DNA from: Octopus vulgaris
Taxonomy: Eukaryota
NCBI GenBank assembly: GCA_951406725.2
Contig: OX597814.1
Location: 89,032,001 to 89,096,000, forward strand
Length of the DNA stretch: 64,000 nt
Direction of reading: 5' to 3'
A program made the position numbers and the translations under genes. Within the stretch, counting starts at the first letter, position 1. Each line of letters starts with the position of its first letter. Under the pieces are notes generated by a model. The model was given only the letters and a program-made list of their open reading frames with translations. It did not search any database and was not told the DNA's origin. Shown piece by piece: positions 1 through 11,766 of this stretch.

Positions 1-623
1 ACATATGTATATATATATATATATATATATAAAAGATGACTATGTAGGAGTAAATTATCCATGCAGGTACTGTAATTGCTCTCAGGGATATTTTAACTAA
101 CTGATTATGCTGTAAAACTAACTGCTAGATTAAAAGAAAAATTTGAAGATGTACCAGTCTCCATATTCAATAATATATATATATTTATCTGTACTCCATC
201 CCCCTTTCCCATCCCCTTACTCTTCTCATCCCTCCTGCTCCTCTCGCATCCCCCCTCATAATATCATGACCACCAACTAACACTCCTTTTTTCATTTTCT
301 CTGCCTCTTTCTTTCTTCTTTCCTCACCTATTCCTTTTCACCATTCTCCTCATTTTAACATACACATCTTTTCTCTCCTCTCTATGTTACACTACCACTA
401 CATTCTCAAAATTTCACTCACTCTTCAAGACACAGCCTTGGCTGTGTTGTCTCATTTTATTTAACATATACATGCTCATACAAGACCTGAATTAGACTCC
501 TCACTCGTATTATTATTTAAACAACAGTTTAACTATGGTCCTTCCATAGCACTTACATAGCCTTACTTGCCACCTTGGGTCTTCTGGATACAAATATCTC
601 TCATATATATATATATATATTTA

Positions 624-663
<40 letters not shown>

Positions 664-775
664 GCACACATAGATAGGTAGATAGACAGACAAACAGACA
701 GACAGACAGGCAGGCAGACAGACAGATATATGCTTTCATAAAACACTCTTTTTAAACTGTTTCAATAATTTTCAG

Positions 776-978
776 ATGATCTTTTTGCAAAATCATGAAA
801 TGAATTCTACAATTCCAGTAGACTACCAAGGACTTTTAGCATCTGAAATTCAGTTTCAGACATTACTTACACAGCTGATTGATCATCCTCCAAAATTTAT
901 ATGGGGCGTCAGTATGGATGATTTTGATGATGCATTTATAGGATTTGATGGCAATTTTGTAATCCAATATTTCACCAC
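776..978 (+). CDS. ABCA-like exon 1 in window (phase 0-2, module type C)
   Basis: tttcag|ATG...AC|gtatgt; [21 protein letters not shown]...VIQYFT; phase joins exon 2. Confidence 0.75.
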
Positions 979-1233
979 GTATGTAATCTATACTTATATT
1001 TGTGTATGAAAGTCTTATCTATTGCTCTGTATGTCATCTCTGAAACAAGCTGAATAAGTGTATTTTTAAAACATAACAATTTTAGTTATATTTTCTTGCA
1101 GAAATACCATCTTTTAGACAGATTTCTGCTAGAATATGTCACAGTTGCTTGTAGGAAACTTCTGTGATGTGCATTTCTACTGATAAAATGCATATGTGTA
1201 TGTATGTGTGTCAGTGATTTTAAACACACGCAC

Positions 1234-1298
<65 letters not shown>

Positions 1299-1771
1299 TA
1301 CATACATACATACATACTTACACACACATACATACATACATACATACATACATACATACATACATACATACATACATACATACATCATCATTTTTGTTTA
1401 GATGTCAAACAATATCTGGAAAGCAATATATATATATTTCGTTTTTGGATTTGGTTTGCAAGATTCTTTATATGAGTTCATGTGTTGAAGCATATTCTGT
1501 TGTGACTGGGGAGAGTCATTTTCTTTTTGTGCCTTATTCTTTAACACACTCACCAGTAAAATTTCCACTTATTTCTTATTTTTATTTTCTAAAATTTTCG
1601 TTGCATGTTGCAACCTTTTCAGAGTCAAAACTGTTGAAAAGGTTGCGACACGCAATGAAAATTTTAGAAAATAAAAGTAAGAAATAAGTGGAAATTTTAC
1701 CGGTGAGTGTGTTAAATAAGGCATAAAAAGAAAATGACTCTCCCCAGACACAACAGAATATATATATATAT

Positions 1772-1803
<32 letters not shown>

Positions 1804-2928
1804 AAGTAATTTTGATATATAGTAAAAATTGTCACAAATAGTTCAAAGTATCTTAAAGAAAACTTTTTGTAATCACTTCTTATTTTTAATGAGAACAATT
1901 AAATGGAAGCAGAAACAAGGGAGAGAGAGAGAGAGGAAGATAATTTTGCAAAATGAAAGTAACAGAGTGTGCTGGAAAAGACAAAATGTTTTAAATGAAA
2001 TGACGGTGAAAGGATTATGAATAAAGGTTGTGTTTGTGTGCTTGTGTGTGTGTAAGAGAGAGAGAGAAAGATAGAGAAAGAGAGATGAAGACTAAATAAT
2101 GAAAATGATATTGAAAAAGAAATAAATGACAATAAATAAACATAATGTTGATTTAAGCAGAAAATAATCCAAGGTTTTCATTATTTTAAGGACCACATTT
2201 CAACTGCAGTAATCCCTCGACTATTGCAGATGTTACGTTTCAACCCCCCCCCCAACCCCCACGATAGGTGAAAATCCACGAAGTAGAAACAGTACTGTAC
2301 TGTAAATTTTTTCAATTATTTTTACAATTTGTATATATTTATTTTCTTATAAGTGCAAAACAACCCGACAGAGGTATCAAAGTAAGCTTAAATAATAAAC
2401 CATGATAGGTGAAACGTGGTAGGTGAACTGCAATAGGTGAACTGCGATATGGTAAGGGATTACTGAAATTAGATGCACCCAGGACATAACATTGGAAACT
2501 TTGTAATACAATTTTTTTAATTATTCTTGCTATAAAAACCTCATGGTAAACTTTTAAGCACTCTAGTTTTAATTTTTAAATACTTTGCAGAATAAAGTTA
2601 AGGTTATTGAAGGCCATGTTTTCCATGAGCTTTAGATTCTCTAGTGAGGCATTGTTTGTAATTTACTTTTCCTATAGTTCTCTGGTTGAAACATTTGACA
2701 ACTTGAGTTTAATTTCATTATCCCTTAAATATGGTACCAAGTGAGCCTGAAACTCTTATTTCTAATGATGAAAAATTGCATTATGATTATTGTTATAATT
2801 CCGCTGAGGTTAACTTTGCCTTTTATCTTTTTGGAGTCAATGAAATAAGTACCAGTTATGCGCTGGGATCAATATAATTGACTATCCCCCACCCCAAAAT
2901 TTCAGGCTTTGTGCCTTTAGTAGAAAGG

Positions 2929-2969
<41 letters not shown>

Positions 2970-4506
2970 TTTTTTTTTCTTCTTTCAAATTTACTTCCAT
3001 TTCTTGCCGAGTGTCTTCCCGACTCCTAGGGCAAAGAAACTCATAGTATACATTGGTAGGCCATTAAACCAAACTCAATAGTTCGTTCATTTTTTTTTTT
3101 TTTTTTTTTTTAAGTTAAATTAAAATACATGAGCAGCAACAGTTCTCACATCGACAATGCTCTTCTCAATACGTGTGATGTACCAGTTAAGACAATCTTT
3201 TGCACTTCTTGCAGGGATGGTAAGCCAGGGATCATTCTCATATAATTTTCAGTTCCCTTCTTGATCATTCCCAGCGCCCCCACGATCACCGGTACCGCAA
3301 CCGCCCTGAGATGCCACATTTTCTCAATTTCAATGAGTAGGTCTTTATATTTTCTGAGCTTGTCAAACTCTTTCGCTGAGATATTATGATCACAGGGGAT
3401 GCTCATGTTAATCAATAAGCAAACTTTATTGTTTTGGTCTTTCACAACAATATCTGGTTTATTGGCCTTGATGGTTCGGTCTGTATGTATTGGAAAGTCC
3501 CACAGAATGGTTACATTTTCTCCTTCAGTTACAGCCTCAGGGTGGTGATTATACCACTTGTCGGCAGTTTTGATATTGTAATGCCGACTTATTAGCCAGT
3601 GTAGATATTGGCCAACTCTGTCATGTCTTAATTTATACTCCACTGGAGCTAAGACTTTACATCCAGAGATTAGGTGGTCCACTGTTTCAATCATGTCGTT
3701 GCAGAATCGGCATTTTGGGTTTGCTCCATTTTTCATCACATTGGCCTGGTAGTTCCGGGTTAATAGGCTTTGATCTTGAGCAGCCAGGATGAAACCTTCG
3801 CTCTCTGCTTTTAGCCCTGAGCTCCGTAGCCACTGATGGGTTTGCTTCTGGTCAACATCAGCTTGTTTGCTGCGGGTCACATATTTGCCGTGCAGAGGTT
3901 TCTCCTCCCACCTATCAGCCAATTGCTCGTGTGCTTTTTTCGTTGCCATTATTTTCACCTTCTTTGCAACAATAATTGCCATACTTCCCTCGGGTTGTTC
4001 TGTTTGGGTATCCTGCACGAGATCAATAGCAAATTTTTTGCTTTCCTTTATGATAGAATGAAGCTTCTTTCGTCTCTCGTGATTTTCCACGAGCTTTAGC
4101 ATCCAGTCATTCGATATTTCGAGATATTTGGCCAGTCCAATTGTGGTTGTTTTGTAAGCTAGTTCAAATTGGATCAGGCCTCGACCTCCTTGGGCTCTGG
4201 GAAGGTAAAAGCGATCTACGTCTGCCTTTGGGTGGTGCATCTTATTACAACTCAGCAGCTTGCGTATTTTCCTATCTATATTTTTTACTTCACTCATATT
4301 CCAGTTCAACACATTGTAGCTATAAGTAACAACTGGAACTGCTAAGGAATTTATAGCTAACACCTTGTTACGTGCATTTAGTTCAGATTTCAGGACTGCA
4401 CGAACTCTCCTATAACATTCCTTCCTGATCTTCTCTTTCATGCTTGCATGCTGAATACCAGAGCCTTCATTTATCCCTAAATATTTGTATGTTATTATTA
4501 TTATTA

Positions 4507-4580
<74 letters not shown>

Positions 4581-6024
4581 ATTATCATAAAGTTGGTGAG
4601 CTGGTAGAACTGCTAGCATGTCAGGCAAAATGCTTAGTGGTATTTTGCCCATCTCTATGTTTTGAGTTCAAATTCTGCCAGGGTCAACTTTGCCTTTCAT
4701 CCTTTTGGAGTCGATAAATTAAGTACCAGTTATGTACTGGGGAATTGTAATCGACTTACCCCCTCCCCCACAATTTCAGGCCTTGTGCTTTAGTAGAAAG
4801 GATTATTATTATTATTATAAGAGCATTGGGTGACAAGGAAGAATAATTTCAACACTAATAAATAATTACACTAAACTTCTGTCAGAGAGAGAAAGAGACA
4901 AACAGCTAAACAGGCAGACAGACAGACAGATATATGCTCATGCATACTCAAATATAAATACATATACACATATAATGTGTTAAAAACATGTGAATTTGCT
5001 TCTTTTTAGAGCTGGATTAAATTACCTGAGACTTATGCAACAAATCGATATTTCCAAACTGCCAACACATTTGCGAGACATGGTTCTAAGAGAGAGGGTA
5101 AAAGATTATGTTATGTTTAATCTCCTTGACTTCATCACCCAGAATATACAAGCATTAGGTAAGACTTCACAGCTACCTACTTTTTCATGTCAAACTTTGT
5201 ATACAATAATATAATTTCTTTTGACTAGACAAAACACTAATATTTTACTTTATGATGGACTTCTTGTATGAATAGCTGTTTGATACCTTTTAAGGTGGTA
5301 CATTTAAAGAACATTAAAGAACCCTGTATTGTGGTACATTTAAAGAACATTTGCTAGAATATTTGTGCTTAAATATAACATGACAAAAAGAAAGCAAAAT
5401 GTTGAAATTAACATAATTAACTTAGAATTAAGAAGAGATAAAAATAAATGCTGTCAGTCATATGGCAATTTTACCATTTTGCCAATTCAACCCATCTCAA
5501 AGGCTTTACAATTATTTTCTTACTGAGATAAACAAGCTAAAATATGCTAAACATTTAGTCTAGCACCTTCATTTTCTCTTCAATATATTGTTGATGTTTC
5601 ACTAACACACAGGCCACAAATTTACAGAGGAATAGAATAAGACTATGTGACATACATTGTTGCATCAAGAAAGTTAATAACATGAGTGATATGAGTCAAT
5701 GTCAAGTTTACAGTAGTAAACAAGGAGTTTAGATGCTCTATGACAAGTAAATTCTTGATACAAACCTTAAAAACAGTTGTTATTGTTGTATCAAATTATA
5801 TTAAAAGTCACAATTAGAAAAGAAATTTGTATTTCTGAATTATTTTTTACAATAGGTGCAGGAGTGACTGTGTGGTAAGTAGCTTGCTTACGAACCACAT
5901 GGTTCTGGGTTCAATCCAACTGCATGGCACCTTGGGCAAGTGTCTTCTACTATAGCCTCGGGCTGACCAAAGTCTTGTAAGTGGATTTGGTAGATGGAAA
6001 CTGAAAGAGGCCCGTTGTATATAT

Positions 6025-6082
<58 letters not shown>

Positions 6083-8703
6083 TTGTTGTGCAAGATTTTT
6101 TATGTGAAGTCGTGTGTTGAAACAGATATTGTTATATTTTGGAATGGTCATTTTGCCAGTTTAGCCAATAAAAACACACGCACTATATATTTGGTGTTAT
6201 TTTGCTTCAGTGTTATTTATTTTTTACATTAATCTTAATCTTATTTCGGGCAGAGTTCTTTTGTCACACTCCTGTGACCGCATCAGTGGTCCTTTGTTTT
6301 CTTCTTTCTTATTTGTGTCTCTCCTTACTAACCATCAGCCATTTTGTATTTCTATTGTATGTCTTCATTTGCGCATGCTTATACCTCTATGTGCGTCTAT
6401 ATTTATTTAGTGTGGGGGGGGGGGGATGCCTGTAATATTTGTATCTTCTGTTTATATACGTTCATGTAATTTGTTTTTGTTTATTCTTATTTTGTTCATG
6501 TGTTTACATCCACTTATTATTATCATTACATATGCTTGTATATATGTATGCATGTATGTATAACAACAATACTAGTAATAATAATAATAAATCAAAAAAG
6601 GACCACTGATGCGGTCACTGGAGTGTGACGAAAGAACTCTGGCCGAAATAAGATTAAGATTAATGTAAAAAATAGCACCAAATATATAGTGCATGTGTTT
6701 TTATTGGCTAAACTGGCAAAATGACCATTCTGAAATATATATATATGTATGTATGTGTGTGTGTGTGTGTATTTGTGTGTCTGTGTTTGTCCCCCCAGCA
6801 TCGCTTGACAATCGATGCTGGTGTGTTTACGTCCCGATAACTTAGCAGTTCAGCAAAGAGACCAATAGAATAAATACTAGGTTTACATTGAATGGGTCCT
6901 GGGGTCGATTTACTCGACTAAAGGCGGTGCTCCAGCATGGCCACAGTCAAATGACTGAAACAAGTAAAAGAGTAAAAGAGTAAAGAGCAATTTATAAACA
7001 CTAAACGGATTTATAAATTGGACACACAAGGTTAACTTACATGCATGACTTATAAACTTAATTTCACTGATAGATTTGACAATTAAAAAGATTTTAAAAA
7101 TTTAACTCATAAATTTCATTTAAGCTTGATTTTACTGAAGTGTAACTAGACAGAACTCCTCAATCTCAATTCCATTTCTTCTTTCAGAGGCAAATCAATA
7201 TAATTTAATGAAATATTTCAACTCATCATCAGAATTATCAGCATTCTTGACTCTGGTTGATAAATCTGATACAGCAATTGAGTTAATTTCATCAACTCTC
7301 AAATCCATAATAATCAGTCCACTCAAGGTAAGATGATTTTTCTTCTTTTGTAGGTTGGAATTAAGTGTAGCCATTTCCTGTCATAGATTGCTATGACACT
7401 GCTATTCTAACAAGAATGTTATATGGGAATGCTTTCATTTTCAAAACAGGCAGAAGGTCAGGAAAAAGGAAATAGAAGTTATAATATTAATGACTTACAT
7501 TAAGAGAAAGTAGGGTATAAAAATGTGAAATTGGAATAAGTAGAAATCGAAATCATGAATGAATTATGTTGTGACTGTTTTATTAATTTTTCTGAAGGAG
7601 AGAAGCACTTACCTTTGTAACTCTCTCGGAATTGCGAGACCATTTAGGTTAATATTCAGTTTAATGCCTGAAGAAAAAAATTTGGGCAAGTGGTATTTCA
7701 GAGAGCATAAAGGCAGAGGTAAGATTGGTTGAATGTTAAGTTCAGGTCGTGTGGTGGTGAAACATAAGCAGATGCTGTGGGTGGATTTGGGTGGAGTATG
7801 AGGCTTTTTAATTCAGGAGAACAAAATCTGTTATAGTAGTGTTAAATGAAAGAGAAAATATAAAGTGATGTTTTTAATGATAAGTATAAAATACATTGAT
7901 AATGAGTGAGTCTTTGTCAATCACCTGAGTGGCATTGTTTTGATTTCAATCTGTATCAGATATGTAAGCATCTGTTGGTGGATCCCACTTGAGCCTTCTA
8001 GAAGACTAGAATGAATGGGTTCTTGTGGCAAACAAATAAAAGTTGTTATTAGCGAACTGACAAAATCATTAGTGCATTGAACAACATGCATAACAGCTTA
8101 GAGTTGCAAGATTTTTCTCAGTACATCTTGTCCCAAGTATTGATACTTTCTGTAGTTTTTCTATAAAGTTTGGTATTTGCAGCTTTTCATGCCAGAATAT
8201 TGCTTTCTTTGAGATGATTCCAAGTGCACTGATTGCAATTGGTTACACACTTACTTTTAGGCTTTCTAGATGCATTTCACATCCAATGTTAGGTCTTGGT
8301 ACTTCTCAACTTCCTCATTCTCTGGATTCACAATATTCTTATCTGCTGGTATAGCAACATCAATGAAGGCCCATTCCTTTGAACTTCTGTAGGAAAGTGA
8401 TATTTGGTCAGTTATATTGCAGTTTCTTATCTGTGTAGACTGGCATATATATCTCGTGTAAGTTCCACCTGATCATTTTCTGCTACTGGCAAAGGTTGGT
8501 GCTCAAACTACTTCTTGGAATATCCTAGCACAACATCCTAGCATACTCCTGCACAACTCCCAGTGTATTCACACTGCCACTTTGACATGGCATTTTTTGT
8601 ACTCCTTTGGGGTCAGTTTTGAGTACCTACTAATTATATGTCTAACAGACTCAAATGACTTTTCACATAGTCTACACAAAGGTGATACTGCTACCTCATC
8701 AAT

Positions 8704-8738
<35 letters not shown>

Positions 8739-9589
8739 TATTTAGGTGGCAAGCTGGTAGAATTATGAGCACACCAGGCAATTTCATCTACCTTTACATT
8801 CTAAGTTCAAATGCCACCAAGGTCGACTTTGCCTTTCATCTTTTCAGGGTCAATAAAATAAGCACCAGTTCAGCACTGGGGTCAACGTAATTGACTTATC
8901 CCCTCTCTTAAATTGCTGATCTTGTGCCAAAACTTGAAACCATTATTATCATTTTCATCATCATCATCGTTATTATTATCGTCATTATTATTATTATTAT
9001 CATTATTATTATTATAAAATCAAATCAAACCAAATCAAAATAGATGAACATCAATGGAATTTGTATCTTTGTGGTACCAGTGCCGGTGGCACATAAGAAA
9101 ACCATCCGAATGTGGCCGTAGCTAGTACCGCATCGACTGGCCTCCGTGCTGTGGGCACGTAACAAACACCATCCAATCGTGGCCGTTCGCCAGCCTCGTC
9201 TGGCACCTGTGTCGGTGGCACATAAAAAACACCATCCAAGTGTGGCCGTTCACCAGCCTTGTCTGGCACCTGTGTCGGTGGCACATAAAAAACACCATCC
9301 GAGCGTGGCTGTCTGCCAGCCTCATCTGGTACCTGTGTCGGTGGCACATAAAAAAACACAATCCGAGCGTGGCCGTTTGCCAGCCTCGTCTGGCACCTGT
9401 GTCGGTGGCACATAAAATCACCCACTACACTCTCGGAGTGGTTGGCGTTAGGAAGGGCATCCAGCTGTAGAAACACTGCCAGATCTGACTGGCCTGGTGC
9501 AGCCATCGGGCTCCCCAGACCCCAGTTGAACCGTCCAACCCATGCTAGCATGGAAAGCGGACGTTAAACGATGATCATCATCATCATCA

Positions 9590-9623
<34 letters not shown>

Positions 9624-11621
9624 TTCTGCAGGTGCTACCATTACTAGATGAAAACAACTGGGAAAAGATTTGCATAAATAAAACTGTTTTCAGGGTCATG
9701 TTTGATATCTCCCACAAGATACCAGATGCAGATTTGTCCAGCCTTCAAACTACTGTTTGTTCTGAAGTTTTTCAAAATGTCAGTATGAAAACCTTGATGG
9801 CTGAAATCGATAAAACCATTCCTGGATGGTCCAATTTAATAGCAAAGGTAGGATTTTGTTCATACTGTCATTATTATTGTTGTTTAGACCCAGTGATTCT
9901 TTTTGTTCATCATCAAGTTCATTTCCAAGATCTCTTCTAAGTATCTGTGTCACCTTCAATCCATCTTTTCCCCCATGGATTTCGTTTCTCTCTTGTACAT
10001 TCTTCCATTTCTTTACTGATTGCAGCCACTGAATTTAAGTTTTTTTTCTCTATCCCTTCTCCCTTCTTCTTTCAGATGAGCATACAACTTGATGATCCTA
10101 ACTTGAAAGTGGATGTGGATTCAGTCGAGAAGACCATATATTTTTACATGCAAGGGACTTCAAACATTAATAATGTTTTTGATAAACTCAAGACAGGTTT
10201 TAATGAGTCTGGCTTACCAAACTTGCCATCAATATTAGAACGCATTGCTAAAGAATGGAAGGAACTTGAAAAAGATGCTGATAAGCTTAAGTAACAAAAA
10301 TTCTCTGTTTTATATGTAACTTAAAAATTAGATAAATATTTCAATTATAAGCAAAACTATAACATTGGAAAGGTCAGACATTTTAATCAAATTTGATATT
10401 TATCTTTATTGGTGAGTTCTTTAACCCTTTAGCATTTAAACTGGCCATATCTGGCCAAACATATTCTGCCTGTTTTATGTTCAAACTGGCCAGATCTGGT
10501 CTCTCGTACCAACCCTACAATATCATTTTAAAAATTAACAGCTACCTCATTAAAATCTCATAGCTACAAGATAATGCATGATTAGTTCAAAACAATGTGG
10601 ATAAAAAAAGCATTAATTTTGGCAGAATAATGCGAACACTAATGGGTTAAAGAGACATAGGCAGTATCAATAAATACTGAAAACCCAGCTACATTCAACT
10701 TGTAAGGTAGGCCATTTAACCCATACAATGCAGCAACCATATCTCATTATTGTCATTAAAACAGGGATGTTTAAATTCAGAAATCTTATGACAGCCTATC
10801 CAGTAAAAATAGAAATATAAAACTATGAATGAAGATCAATTCATTACTCAAATGTAGTTGACATTAATTAAACACCAACAATAACAGCAACAAAACAAAA
10901 GCACAATCACCATCAACATAATTCCTATTTCAAGAACTAGCTAGTGTACAAAACTAGACAAAAGTAAAAATGTGATTTTGATTTAAAGGAAATTTCTGAC
11001 GCTTAAGTTTATCCAAATGCATTTTATTATTGTTGTCTAACTCCAGGTCAGCTCTCATCATGCAGACTTGGACTAAATGAGTTGTGTTGATATAGACAGA
11101 GTATTCTTTGATGTTTTTTTTAATCTCATATATATTGTCTAACTTCTCTTTCAGTTTACAATCTATATTTGAATTGATGAAATTATTAAACGGCTTTAAT
11201 GTATTAACCCCAAACACCACGCTAGGAAAGCAATTAGGTATGATAAACAGAAATTTGGTTAGTGCACAGTACCTACTTCAGTTTATGAACATACATCTCA
11301 AAAATATATCAGGTAAAGATAATTAATTGAATTATTCTATTAATCTTTTACTTTTTATGTACTTCAGCCTAAATGTTGTTGCCATGCTGGAACATTCTAT
11401 ATTATTTCATCATTATTTGTCTTTACTAAAATTTGAAATTGTAGGTATGACTATGTGGTTGAGAAATTTGCTTCTCAGCCATATGGTACTGCATTCAGTT
11501 CCACTGTAGGACACCATATCTAAGTGCCTTATGTCATAGCTTTCAAGAGGGTCAACAACTTTTGAATTAATGTTAGTAAATGCCTGTTTTATATGTGTGT
11601 GTGTGTGTAGTATTTATATAC

Positions 11622-11695
<74 letters not shown>

Positions 11696-11725
11696 TTTAT
11701 ATACACACACATACATATACAAACG

Positions 11726-11766
<41 letters not shown>

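Noticed and set aside
776-778. ATG at 776 as the gene start
   Set aside because: It directly follows a pyrimidine-rich tract and CAG acceptor, and there is no signal peptide or ABCA N-terminal TM1 motif, so it is treated as an internal exon.
1102-1170. Possible extra exon after ttttcttgcag
   Set aside because: The frame required by the upstream phase-2 donor hits TAG within six codons, and exon 1 already joins exon 2 in frame.
3146-4588. 480-aa ORF as a host gene with a poly-Ile leader
   Set aside because: The poly-Ile comes from the (ATT)n flank; the rest is a truncated retrotransposon ORF.
9051-9551. 166-aa repetitive ORF, or a CRISPR-like array
   Set aside because: The units are contiguous tandem repeats without unique spacers, inside a SINE-like element in eukaryotic DNA; no cas genes.
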